Assembly (NCBI RefSeq): GCF_006345805.1
Contig: NC_043008.1
Location: 49,290,001 to 49,354,000 of the forward strand
Direction of reading: 5' to 3'
DNA from: Octopus sinensis
Taxonomy: Eukaryota
DNA: 64,000 nucleotides
Shown: in pieces, positions 39,969 to 53,330 of the stretch
Layout of the letters: each line of letters starts with the position of its first letter
Position numbering within the stretch: position 1 is the stretch's first letter
Notes under the pieces: generated by a model
Told to the model about the DNA's origin: nothing
The model's input: only the letters and a program-made list of their open reading frames with translations
The model's database searches: none
Made by a program: the position numbers and the translations under genes

Positions 39969-40609
39969 AAAAAAATTCTCATATACACACGCTGATATAT
40001 GACCAACGTTGAACCCCTTTATTCGCATAGTTACCAAACCTGGAACTTAACTATTGTCTATCTATAGCACTTATTCAGCATTACCTGACACCTTTGGGTC
40101 TCAGTGACACCATTACCTCTCATAACCTATACATATATGTGTGTGTGTCTTTGTGTGACTTTGTGTGTCTGTTTGTCCCCTTTAACTTAGCAGTTAGACA
40201 GAAGATAACGATAAAATAAGTACTAGGCTTACAAAGAATAAGTCCTGAGGTCGATTTGTTCGAATAAAGGCGGTGCTCCAGCATGGCCCAGTCAAATGAC
40301 TGAAACAAATCAAAAAAAAATTAATAAAATTATCAGAGTGTGTCCAATTATCTAACTGGATAGTAAAAGAAAAAAAAAATATCAACCCATCACCCTCCCA
40401 CCCGTGACCCACTATCTGGAGGTTATTGCACTGTGACTATGGTGGGTGGGTAGGTGGGGGTGGGGTGCATACACACATCGTGGCTTGATTTTTAATAGCA
40501 TTTACACAATGTTTGGGATTTCAGCCCAGACATTTTTGACAGCCTCTTTTCATTATTTCACCATCAGTTGTTTTTTTTTTCTGGCAGGGTGGACGGATGG
40601 ATGGGTGTT

Positions 40610-40870
40610 TGTTTGTATGCATGTATGTATGTGTGTGTGTGTGTGTGTATGTGCGTGTGTATGCATGCATGTATGTATGCGTGTATGTGTGTGTATGTAT
40701 GTGCGTTTGTATGTATGCATGTATGTATGTGTGTGTATGTATGTGTGTATGCATGCATGTTTGTATGTGTGTATGCATGTATGTATGTATGTATGTATGT
40801 ATGTATGTATGTATGCATGCATGCATGCATGTATGTATGTATGTATGTGAGTGTGAGAGAGAGAGAGAGT
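40610..40870. repeat. (TGTA)/(TG)/(TGCA) compound microsatellite
   Basis: Direct inspection. Confidence 0.95.
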
Positions 40871-40920
40871 TCCAACTCCTTAAAGACTGCACTAAGAGCT
40901 ACATCCTACACACACAAACA

Positions 40921-40956
<36 letters not shown>

Positions 40957-41949
40957 TGTGTGTGTGTGTTTTATCATCCTTGACCTAATTCTGTTCTAGT
41001 TAGGGACAGCTATATAAGCTTTTGACATTTGTTCATTCTAGTCTTACCATTGAACCTCCTCACCCCCCAGCTTGCTTCATTGTGTTAACCAAGGTATATA
41101 CATACATACATATATATAAAGGCTGATATTTGATGTCTCTAAAATGTTATACCTTTGTATTGTTGTTCATCCAGTTTGAATTTAAGTTGAAATGCTCCAA
41201 AATGTTCTTGGTGTGTGTGTGTGTGGGGCGGAAGGGACCAGGGTCAACTTTGCCTCACATGGATTTTCTAGTTCAGGAGTTCAGTACCTACCCCTGCAAT
41301 TGTTTCAACAAAACCCTTCTCTTTGTATTTGTGACCTGTTGCCAAGTTGAGAAACCATCATCATCTCTACCGTCATCATTGCAAGTTATTTTACTAAATT
41401 CTTTGTTATATTTATAGTAATTGAAAGAAACCAGAGCATCTCAAAAGAAATATGGTAACGAAAGGGTTAAAGTGAACAAGATTGATTGTGCTAAATCCTT
41501 TTTATTAAACTTGTTCGGATCTCTCTCCATATGTCATACTGGATCTTAGGACCCCTAATATTCTGAGCTGACAGAAACCTTGCTACACCAGGCAAAACGC
41601 TCAGCGACATTCCATGTCTTCATGTTCTGAACTAAAATTCCACAGAGGTTGACTTTGTCTTTCATCCTTTTGAGGTTGGAAATAAGTACCAGTTGGACAC
41701 TGGGGTTGATGTCATTGACTAGACTGCCCCCCCCCCAAAAAAAAAAATTGTTGGCCATTGTGCCAAAAAAGGAAACCAATATCCTCTTTTTAAATTCTCT
41801 GTCTGGATGTGTGGTTCAGAAGTTCACTTGGAAACTGTGGTTTTAGGTTCCATCTCCCTGTATTGCATCTTGGACAAGTGTCTTCTTGTACAGCTACAGC
41901 TTGGCCAGTTCCTTCAGAATGGATTTGGTTAACAGAAATGTAAATAACA

Positions 41950-42240
41950 AGGCACTCTTCCCCTCTCTTCTTGTCTTTTCCTTTCCCCCTCTTTCTCTTT
42001 CCCACTCCTCTCTCCCCTCATCGCCAGCCTCCCCAACCCATTTCCTCCCCTTCCTCCTCCACTTTTTCATCCTGTTCTTTCATCCTCCTCTTCTTTCCCC
42101 TTCCTCCTCTTCTTTCCCCTTCCTCCTCCTTCCACTTCTCCCCTCCCTCTGTTATCCCCTCTCCCTCCTGCTCCCCAGCTTCCCCACCTGCATCTTCCCC
42201 TCCCCCTCTTCCCTCCTCCTCACTTTCCTCTTCTTCATAA
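41950..42240. repeat. ~290-bp polypyrimidine low-complexity tract
   Basis: Almost only C/T on the + strand. Confidence 0.9.
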
Positions 42241-43314
42241 TGAATTGTCAGAAAAATTAAAATACTAGTCATTGTTTCATCTTTCTCCTCTGCCCCCCCC
42301 ATCATAATCCTGTTATTGTCAGAAAAATGAAAATAGCATTAGATATTGACACCCCTCCTCCTCACCACCACCACCGCCACCACCACCTCTATAGCCTAGT
42401 ATTCCAATGAAGGAGTGAATGATCTCTTTCAAGGAATCCTTCCTTCCCATTCTTGACGTACATCACTTCACCTCACCCTAAACCGTAATATTCTGTACAG
42501 AAGCATATTGGAACATCTGCAGCAGGCTTGAACTCACAACATGTTCGTTGGCAACTGTCTCACTTCTACATATATTTACATATGGCATGTAATTTATACT
42601 TTCAAACTTGGTTTCCTTTGAATATATCAAATTATGCCTAATTAGCCGGGATCTCCTTCACCCACATATATGTATGTGTGCATGTATGTATATATATATA
42701 TATATATAAATAAACAAGGGAAAAATACACACATCTATATATAAATATATATATATATATATAATTGCCATAGTTACATGCCATTTCTCCGACATCAACA
42801 TCCATCACACATTCTCTTGTCCAATGTCTAAAGATGTCAGTTCAGTCTGCATCTCGTGTGAGTTTTTGTAATTAATTATTCCTTAGTCAGTACCATTCTT
42901 CAAAAGATTCTAACAGCAACACAGTTTGTTTTTCTTTTCCTAGATGGATATTTATTTATCCATCAAAAAACGGATAAATTATGAGTTTTTGTAAAAGAGA
43001 TTCCGTCTTGCAGGGAATCTGAATTTTGAAGCCGTTTTGTAACAGCATTATTAGGATTCGTGTATTTCTTCTTTTCTTTCTTAACCAATATCTTGTTTGT
43101 TTTATAGTATTAATTCTTCTATCTAACAGAATCTTTTATTTTTTATATTTGGAGATATTTGGCTGCTATTATCGTATGATATCTGCTTTGCTATTTGCGA
43201 CCTGCTATAAATGACGTTGCACTCTACCAAACAATCCACAGCTATTAATTCCTGTTCATTTAGTTATTCACACTAGTACCATTCTGGTCAGAGAGTTTTA
43301 CAAAATAATAATAA

Positions 43315-43760
43315 TCATCATCATCATTTAACGTCCGTTTTCCATGCTAGCATGGGTTGTACGGTTCGACCGGGGTCTAGGAAGCCAGGAGGCTGCACCA
43401 GGCTCAATCTGGTTTGGCAGTGTTTCTACAGCTGGATGCCCTTCCTAACACCAACCACTCCGTGAGTGTAGTGGGTGCTTTTTACGTGTCACCAGCACAG
43501 GGGCCAGAGGAGGCTGGCAAACGACCACAATCGGTTGGTGCTTTTACGTGTCACTGACACAGATGCCAGTCAAACGGCACTGGCATCTGCCACATTCGGA
43601 CGGTGCTTTTTATGTGCCACCGGCATGGGTATCTTAACTAAAATTTCCATTTGATTTTTATTTTGATGTTGGTGTTGACGTACTTGACTCAATAGGTCTC
43701 CTCAAGAAGAGTAGGTCACTCTATGATCCAAGGTTAGCACAGCTGGCCGTCCTGCAAGCC
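43315..43760 (-). mobile_element. RTE LINE 3'UTR fragment
   Basis: Collinear with 23004-23395. Confidence 0.85.
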
Positions 43761-44438
43761 GGAAAAACGATGACCTGTTCACTGCTTTTTTAAATGATAT
43801 CAAATCCGTTTACAAACATTAAAATCAATTTTTGATGACTTTTTTTTTATCTTGTAAAATAAGGTGTTAAATATTTTTTATAGATTTTACACAACAAATT
43901 GTTTATCATGTTCCTTTCATTTTGTAGAATAACTGTTTAATGATCTTTACCATATTTCATTCTACCAACAGTTGGTAGGCGTCATACTGTGGTAGCACCG
44001 ATATTTGTGTGTGTGTATCTTTTATCTTTCATCTTTTACATGTTTCAGTCATTTGACTGTGGCCATACTGGAGCATTGCCTCGAAGGGTTTAAGTTGAAT
44101 AGATCAACCACAGCACTTATTTTTTAAAGCCTGATGACAACACCAGTTGTCAGGCAGTGATGAGGGCCAAACTCACTCTCTTGCGTGCGCACATGCGAAC
44201 ACACATAGGACAGGCTCATTTCAATTTCTGTCTATCAAACCCACTCAAAAAGCTTTTGTTGGCCCAGGGCAATAGTAGAGGACACTTGTCCAAGGTGTCA
44301 TGCAGTGGGACTGAACCCAGAACCACATGGTTGGGAAATAAACTTCTCACCACAACCACACCTGCACCTAATGTGTGTGTGTGTGTGTCTGTGTTCTTTA
44401 TGGCTTGTGCAAAGGTAGCAGCATCAAATATATGTATG

Positions 44439-44491
<53 letters not shown>

Positions 44492-46023
44492 TATATATAC
44501 ACACACACACATATACATACAGACACACACATATACATATATATATACATACATAAAAAGCACTATCTGAACATGATCGATGCCAGGCCCACCTGACTGG
44601 CTCCTGTGCTGGTGGTATGTAAAAAGCACCCTCTACACTCTCTGAGTGGTTGGCGTTAGGAAGGGTATCCAGCTGTAGAAACTTTGCCAGATCAGATTGG
44701 AGCAGACTTCAGTCAAACCGTCCAACCCATGCCAGCATGGAAAACAGACGTTAAACGATGATGATGATGATGATACACAGAGTTGGCGAAAAGTCAGCTG
44801 ACAGTAAATTAAAACCATTTAATTCCAAGATTTATGTATGTTTACCAACTGAATGAATTTAATAAAAGCGTCTAAATATGCAACACCATGAAAATTGTTC
44901 AAACTGAAGTCCTTCTTGAGTGACACATTTTCCCATTCGAGTCAATACAGAATTACAAATAGTATTTATGGAATTTTGATTTACTGTCAGGTGACTTCTG
45001 TTCAACCCTGTATGCACTCACTCAGCCTTGTGAGTGGATTTGGTAGACGGAAATTGAAAGAAGCTCATTGTATATATGATGATGATGATGATGATGATAT
45101 GTTTGTGTGCTTGTGTTTGTCCCCTCCACCATCACTTGACAGCCGATGTTGGTGTGTTTACGTCCCTGTAACTTAGTGGTTCGGCAAAAGAGACCGATAG
45201 AATAAGTATTAGGCTTACAAAGAATAAGTCCTGGGGTTGATTTGCTCGACTAAAGGCAGTGCTCCAGCATAGCCACAGTCAAAATGACTGAAACAAATAT
45301 AAATGAATAAAAGAATACCCACCAGGTTCCCTTTTTTTTTTTTTTAAATCTTCTCTTTCTATTTCACCAAATCTATTCAAGACCTGATAACATTGAAGGG
45401 TTTCATTTCTTCAGAAACAAAAACAGACAAGTTTAAACCCAGTTGGTTTGCAAGATGGCCACATAAGAGATTTTATAGTAACAGACGGTGGCTGATCAAA
45501 GTCTTTGATGGTTCTAGATTAATGGCTATTGTTGTTTATATGCTTCAGGTATTTTGTGGGGGAAAGCTCGAAGTTTGTTTTTCTCTCCTTTTATCCTATT
45601 TCTTTGATATTAGCATAATTGACTTCAGACTTATGACAAAGAACTGTGTGTGTATGTGCCTCTGTGTGTGGCTCTGTGTAGGTATGGCTGTGTGATTAAG
45701 AATCTCATTGTTCAATCCCATGGCTTGGGGTTCACTCCTACTGCATGGTACATTGGGCAATAGCCTGGCCCTTTGTTGGTTATGACGATGAAGGTTCCAG
45801 TTGATCTGATTGATCAACAGAATAGCCTGCTTGTGAAATTAACATGCAAGTGGCCGAGTACTCCACAGACACACATACCCTTGATGCACTTGTCAAGGAG
45901 ATTCAGCGTGACACAGAATGTGACAAGGCTGGCCCTTTTGAATTACTGGTATGGCTCATTTTTGCCAGCTGAATGAATTGAAGCAATATGATCATCAACA
46001 TCATCATTATCACTGTTTAGCAT

Positions 46024-46226
46024 CCGCTTTCCATCAGGGCTGTGGACCTGAAACAAAAACCTTCGACTCCAGCTCCTGTTCTATTGGCACCTCCGACTCC
46101 GACTCTGACTCTAACTCCGACTCCGACTCTAACTCCGACTCTAACTCTGACTCCGATTCCGACTTTTACTCTGACTCCGATTCCGACTCTTACTCTGACT
46201 CCGACTCTGACTCTGACTCTGACTCC
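46024..46226. repeat. (GACTCC)n hexamer array preceded by CAGGGCTGTGGA; probably a truncated DNA-transposon derivative
   Basis: About 25 degenerate hexamers. A hAT-like CAGGG start with no matching right end. Confidence 0.75.
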
Positions 46227-46701
46227 TCTTTATGTAATTAAGTGATTGTGGTCTACATATCACATAAAGCATATGCATACGCTTGTACTTTGAGTAGGCC
46301 TCTATGTTATAACTGGTTTATATTAAAGAATAAAGATATTGTGAGTTGGAGTCAGTAGAGCTGTTCAGACTTCCCTTGACTGTTATTGCATGGTTTCTAT
46401 GGTTGAATGCCCTTTCTAACACCAACCACTCAAGCGTGTGCTGGGTGCTTTTTATGTGCCACCAGCACTGGCACAGGCGCTTCTTAAGTGGCACCAGCAC
46501 CTGAAAGGATAAGCCTGTATATGTGGGAGACAATGGTTTTATTTAGTTTCACATGTCTTATCAAGTACAACAAATCACCACATCTCCCGGTCCTTTGACA
46601 TTTCCTCATTGAGGCCCAGCATCCAAAGAGTGTTTTTCACCACTTTGTTATTTCCCATAATTTATAATCAATCACTTTAGGAGTTGCTTTTAATTAGAGA
46701 T

Positions 46702-46785
46702 ACATCGTCTCCAGCTGGCTATATGCCAGATAGTGTGTCATTATAGCCAGCCGGAGACTATGTTTCCTGGGGCTAAATAGCAGTA
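46702..46785. repeat. 22-bp hairpin whose flank is related to the 55.2-kb foldback arms
   Basis: Arms 46702-46723 and 46742-46763 (2 mismatches). Segment 46760-46784 matches 55499-55523 at 21/25. Confidence 0.75.
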
Positions 46786-49700
46786 GCATTCGTCCTGACC
46801 AGGACTGCCGCATTATGTTGGCAAATAATCTTTACTCTAGTATATTTTATATTTTTCCTATATTTTTAAATGTAACTTAAAAAAAAAAGGTATTTCTATT
46901 TGTAATATGCTTGTTCTTCATGTCCATCTTCGTAGTTCCTCAAGAATGTCTTTACAGATTCTTCTCTTGTTAAATATATAAATGAAGAACTTTGGATTGG
47001 AGGAGGCTGCCACCATCAATTTAAATGAATTTTCAGTTTTGGTTTTTGCATTTTTGCACCTAAAGTCTTTGAGGAATGAAATATTGCAGAAGAAATAAAA
47101 AACGAAAGGAAATTTGATTTATGTTGCTCTATACAGAATGGAATTTGGCTAATATGAAGGTCTGCTGGTTAACTGTTAAAAGTATTCTAAATTCCAAGTA
47201 AATAGGTCAAGCGTATCTTGGTGATGACCCTTTACTAACAGACTAATGAGCTAATTAAGTGTAGGTGAAAGGGTTCATATAACCCCTAAATGAATCTCTG
47301 ATTTGAGAACCACAGAAACAGTTGGAAAATGTGGGTTCAATTCACATTTTATTTCTTGTTATTGTTTAACCCAGTTGTCATTATACTGTTCTGTTTTTCC
47401 AGGCATAGTGTATCTATGATGACATTAACAGTATGTCTTCCTTTTAAGATGTTTGGACATGATTTGAGGGAGATTTGACTGATATTTTTACTAGGTCAAG
47501 CAACTAAATACCAGCTCCCTCATTGGTTCTTCTTAAACCATTTAATTCTGATATGTAGAATTCAAATCTGAATTTCAGCAAGAACTTAAGAATGCACGAT
47601 AAAGTTGGAAAATGTAAGTACCAACTTTGGAAAGTAGGAATAAAAATAACTAAATTGGGACTTAAAAACATTGGTGTACCTTAGTCATTGTAGAACAAAT
47701 GATATATTGGAATGGAAAACTGCAATGCTTAATGCCAAAAGATTAGTGAAGATGAGAAAAGAACATTCCTAGCACCACCAATACAAGAATGTTGATAATT
47801 TCAGTGTTTTAAATAATATCTATGTCTATCTATCTAGCTATCATACACACACACAATATATATATATATATTCGTAGGAGTGGCTGTGTGGTAAGTAGCT
47901 TGCTTGCCAACTACATGGCTCCAGGTTCAGTCCCACTGTGTGGCACCTTGGGCAAGTGTCTTCTATTATTGCCTCAGGCCGACCAAAGCCTTGTGAGTGG
48001 ATTTGGTTGACAGAAACTGAAAGAAGCCTGTCGTGTATATATATGTGTGTGTGTGTGTATGTGTGTGTGTGTGTGTCTTTGTATCTAGCGATTAGTGTGT
48101 TGGGCTCATGATCAAGAGGTTGTGGGTTCAATACTTGGACTGGGCAAGACACATCATTTCACATTGCTCCAGTCTACTCAACTAAAAATGGGTACAAACC
48201 AACTACTGGTGTTGCCTCTGCCTCAGCTGTCACACCCTTCATGTTCCCCTGTGTTAGATGGGAAGAGGGTTGATAGGTTGACTATGCTCACAATTTGCTA
48301 TCAGGCTTATTGTCCTTGGTGAATGACAGCTATGGTGTTGCGTGTGTGTGTGTGTGTTAATGAAGGACAAAAGAAAAGGGGTTTGTAATTGCACCCATTA
48401 GCTTATGGCTGTTTCTGCTTTAAGTAAACATGCATCTAGAGTTGAATATTCAAGCAACATCTTCTAGCTTCTTTGGAGCCATTTAAATGAAGTGTTTCTT
48501 TATTGTGGAAAACATTTAAATACACGTAATTAGGCACGTGCAGAATCACATGTAATCTAATACAGTGAGGTGAATTTGGGGACGAAATCCTTCCACACAG
48601 AGACACTTCGTTTATATAAAAATTGAAGTGAAAACACACACACACCACACACAAACAATTAGCTCCATTAGTGGCTTACAAAATTTTATAGAAGAGATTA
48701 GTTACCTTGGTGACCTAATCAATGCAGGTGGTCGCATGAAATAATATAATGTAGAAGTTTTGGGAGAAAATTTTCTACTAATGTTTTCTTAAGCAATTTA
48801 AAGTGAAATCCATTATGGCGCTAGAAGATTATAAATGCTCAAAGAAATACTCTTAGGATTAAAGAGTTAAGTGTTTTTTTGTCTGTTTTTTTTTTTTTGT
48901 AAAGAAGGGAAGAAGAAGGGGGGGTGATAGGGATGTGCAGTGCTTGTCGTAGAATTTTGGGAACTTTCCAAACTTGGGAGTAGAGATAAATGAGTGATGT
49001 TACCCATGGTTGATTTTCAGTGTTAATTGAGACCGGTTAATTAATTGGAAGTGAAACCATAGGAAAGACTTAAGTTTGGTAGGTTTGAAGTCTTGGGCAA
49101 GAAAGGCTGAGGTAAAATGAGACATTTTTTGAAGGATGATATGAGGAATATTAAAATGCCTGTCTACCTTTTTAAAATAGGTGGTGGTGGTGATGATGAT
49201 GATGGAGGTGGTGGTGGTGGAGAGAGCTGCTGATCTTTTGATCAGACTGTCTTTTCATTGTATTTTTTCCTATGGCTGATACTGTCTGTCCAGACCTTTC
49301 ACGATACCCTTAAAGCCAGGAGCTTTTCAGCACACCCACCTCATATATATAGAATTGCAGTGTCTATTCAGGAACTAGGGTTGCAATTATCCTGAGTACT
49401 TATTAAAAAATAATTAAGAGTCACAGAAGTAGTATTAATACCAAAAGATAATCTTTATCCCCACTTAAAACTGGATATTGTGTTAGAACAGAGAATACGG
49501 CATTATTTACCACGAGAGAACCTAGCTGGACGTCTGTCATTGATAAACCCAAGAAAGGGTGAAAATATGTGATCTGGCAGTTCTCGTGGCCATAGTGGCC
49601 AGTTCTTGCCCATCAGTAATGGAGACACGAGTGGTTTTATGCACCACAAGTCCATATGAGAAGTCCTCTCAAAGTGAATAATACAGGGTTCTGTGTTTCA

Positions 49701-51260
49701 ACCCTTAACTGGCAACATCTGACCAAAACATTCTATCTGTTATATGTTCAAAACTGGCCAGATCCAGCATCTCACACCTACCCTACAATATCATTCTAAA
49801 GATTAACAGTTACGTCATTAAAATCTCAAAGCTGTCAGATAATGCCAGATTAAGTCATAACAATGTGAATAAATAAGCATCATATTTGACAGAGTAATGT
49901 GAACGTTAAAGGAATAACACAAATTCCATAAAAATGTTGTTAATTTGTTCCTAGCACCATCTTCATATTGGTGAAGTATTTTACTAAATTTTTAATTAAA
50001 TTACAAATTAATTTAAACAAAGGCAGTATATTGCAACAGAAATCATCATCACCATCATCATTTAATGTCCGTTGTCCATGCTGGCATGGGTTTGATGGTT
50101 TGACGAGGACTTGCAAGCTGGAATGCTGCACCAGACTCCAGTCTAATTTTGCAGGGTTTCTACGGCTGGATGCCCCTCCTAATGCCAACCACTCCGAGAG
50201 TGTAATGGGTGCTTTTACGTGCCAGTTTGCATGACGCCGGTATCTGGCACGACTACAATTTCCCTTGGCTGTAATGGGTCTTCTTCCTAAGTACAACATA
50301 ATGCCAGAGGTTTCCGTCATTGCCTCCGTGAGGCCCCACACTCGAAAGGCGCTCAGCCACTTTGCCTGCATGAGGCCCAGTGCTTGAGAGCTGGGTTTTA
50401 CATGCCACCAACACAGGTGCCAGTTACGTGACAGAACTATGGTTTCACTTGGCTGGAAATGTGGTAACAAAAGGGTTTACTAGCAAAAGGAATGAACACC
50501 TGTCTGTAATTCATAACCATCAACCATAGTAGGTTTGGCAAAATGTTGACTGAAAGGTCAGTGCTTTATTTAATAACCTTTCTGTAGCTTTTGTTCCGCT
50601 GTTTTGGGTCATTGACATTTATTTCCTGTGCCATTGAATTGCAGGTTTTTTTTTTTATTGTTAATTGTTTCTTAATATGACAATTGAGTCACTTGTCTTT
50701 GTTAATAATGGAAAAAAAGGAAATGACTGGGGGAAAAAAAAAAGATGAGTTTTGATTAAGTTGTGAATCATTCAGGCTTAATTGTTCTTTTATTCTTTTC
50801 ATTCATTGGACTGCGGCCATACTGGAGCACCATATTGATCAAACTGATCCTAGTCCTTGTTTTTTTTTTGTTTTTTTGTTTGTTTTGTTTTTCAAGTCTG
50901 ATCCTTATTCTGCCAGTCTTTTTTTGCTGAACTGCTAACTTACAGGGATGTAAATAAAACCAACACATGTCGAGCGAGCATTAGAGGGACAAAGACATGC
51001 ACACACACACACACACACACACATAGGAACACATGCACATATACAGGAACACAAACACAGAGGCACACACACACACACACACACTAGGCACTGGCATGGC
51101 TGTGTGGTTAAGTAGTCTGCCTCTCAATCACATGATTTCCGGTTCAATGTCACTGCAGGGCACTTTGAGCAGCTGCCTTCCACTACAGCTCTCGACCAAC
51201 CAATGCTTTGTAAGTAGAGTTTGGAAGTGGAAATGGAAAGAAGCTTGCTGTGTGCACATG

Positions 51261-51310
<50 letters not shown>

Positions 51311-52489
51311 CATTTGCATATTTCTGAAGATTGCTGAGCTACAAGCAACCATATTAAAATTTCTCCTGCCAACACATCCTACCATACTTTAGCACCTTTA
51401 AAGGCGTATGAAATGAAAGATTCCTTGAAGAACACCTTAGCATTAGCAACAAAAAGGGTATTTGGCTCTAAAACAATGCTCCTATAAAACAATCATCTTC
51501 ATACTGGCATGGAAAAACAGATGTAAAAATTTAGAAATTGCACAAACAGAGTGACAGAGTTACTTTGTAATGATTTAACTTTGTTCAGTGTTTTAAACTA
51601 AAATATCCACAATAAAATTTTTGTCATTTTCAAGGAAACCATATTTTTAAAATTCTTCAGTTTACTGTGCCATAGAAAAAGGGTTACCATTTGTAGAATC
51701 AAGGTACCAAGAATCTCTTGATCTGGTGTTCTACATTTGTGGGTTCCTTTTTAAGTATTTAATCAGCTGCCATTTTTTCATTGGTCAATTTGAGTTATCT
51801 GACCTTGGTTATTCAAGAATTGGTGTGATGTGTATTATATAGTAGCTAAATGTATTAAGCATAAATGGATTAAATATGAATTAGTTTTGGGTGTAAGAGG
51901 TGCCATTCTTTAATTCTTTAATTGCAGTTGAATTAGTTGAAAGCAATAAAATTAAGCCTGGAGACTGATAAGGAATCGCTCTTTGACAGTTCTAACCAGA
52001 ATCTGGCAACATGGTTTAAAAGAAACAAAAGAAAACAAAAAACCCCACAGACCCTTAATGTAGTGATTATGATGGTGATGATAGTGTTAATCATCATAAT
52101 GTTGATGGTGTAAGCATGGCAGAAGAATTTGTTGCTTACCTTCTCTCCCATCCCCCAAGCCTCCACCAACCTACCCACCCACGCCTGGTTCCTCTGTCTC
52201 CATTCACCTTGCACCTTGAAGGGGCCACCTGGATACCATCACCAATATTTTATCTCTCTTTAGCTCCATCTGATGATTCTCACTTCTTTTTTTATAATGT
52301 GAGTTACCATGTTGTTCCCCTTCGGCAAGTAGCCTGCTCTTGCCCTTTCTCTCATACTTTAAATCCTCATCTCTTAGCATAAACTTGCCCTCGCCCCTTG
52401 GTGTTCATAGTCATGCAAGATGCATGGTGACCTCACTAGTGATGGTGGCATAAAAAAAAGCATCCATGTAGTCTGTAAAGTGATTAGTA

Positions 52490-52960
52490 TTAACCCTTTT
52501 GATACCTATTTCTTCACTACCCACAAGGGGCTAAACACAGAGGGGACAAACAAGGACAGACAAACGGATTAAGTCGATTATATCGACACCAGTGCGTAAC
52601 TGGTACTTATTTAATCGACCCTGAAAGGATGAAAGACAAAGTTGACCTCGGTGGAATTTGAACTCAGAACGTAGTGGCAGACGAAAGGATGAAAGGCAAA
52701 GTCAACCTCGGCAGAATTTGAACTCAGAATGCAGCAACAGGTGAAATACCGCTAAGCATTTCGTCCAGCATGCTAACGATTCTGCCAGCCCACCACCTTA
52801 ACCCTTTTGATACCAATCCATCTGAAACCGCTTCTGGCTCTATAGTACAAGTCACAATTTATGTTCCTAAAACTAGCTTAATGATAACTAAGTTATTTTA
52901 GTAAATTCTTTGTTATATTTAAAATTAATTGAAAGAAACACAGAACATCTCAACGGAATA
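52490..52960. mobile_element. P1 piggyBac MITE whose terminus was duplicated by an inserted family A SINE (52507-52797, minus)
   Basis: TTAACCCTTTTGATACC is exact at 52490-52506 and 52798-52814. Confidence 0.85.
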
Positions 52961-52989
52961 TCAGAAGACTGATCCTACACTCACTGATT

Positions 52990-53330
52990 GTAATACCACT
53001 TCCACAATAGCTGCACATGTCAATACAGTTTGTGAAAATTATGAAAAAGAGAGGTAGCAATGTGCAGCCCTGCTGTAGTCAGCCACCTTGAAAGTTTTCA
53101 AACCTTTTACTGCAACACAAATATCCAGGCATTTGTATTGGTACTTTGTGGCAACCAGAAGTAGCCTATTAATACCAATCTTCTGCAAAACCATCCACAG
53201 CATGTCCCTCCCTCTTCAGCCTTTTGGTAATATTCTCATAATTTCCTGAAGACCTACCTGAGAGTGAATATTCAGTTGGTTGTGCTGTGTCCAGGACAGA
53301 AACCAGATTTTTCCTCAGCAGGCTTGAACT
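52990..53330 (-). pseudogene. Decayed LINE reverse-transcriptase fragment (RTE-type)
   Basis: EEKSGFCPGHSTTN*IFTLR and LQQGCTLLPLFFII correspond to the 'Q.GFR.GRST.DQIF.LR' and 'QG..LSP.LF' RT motifs. Confidence 0.7.

Noticed and set aside
45951-46245. Ser-Asp or Thr-Pro/Leu repeat protein ORFs
   Set aside because: They arise from a (GACTCC)n array, with no splice or start support.
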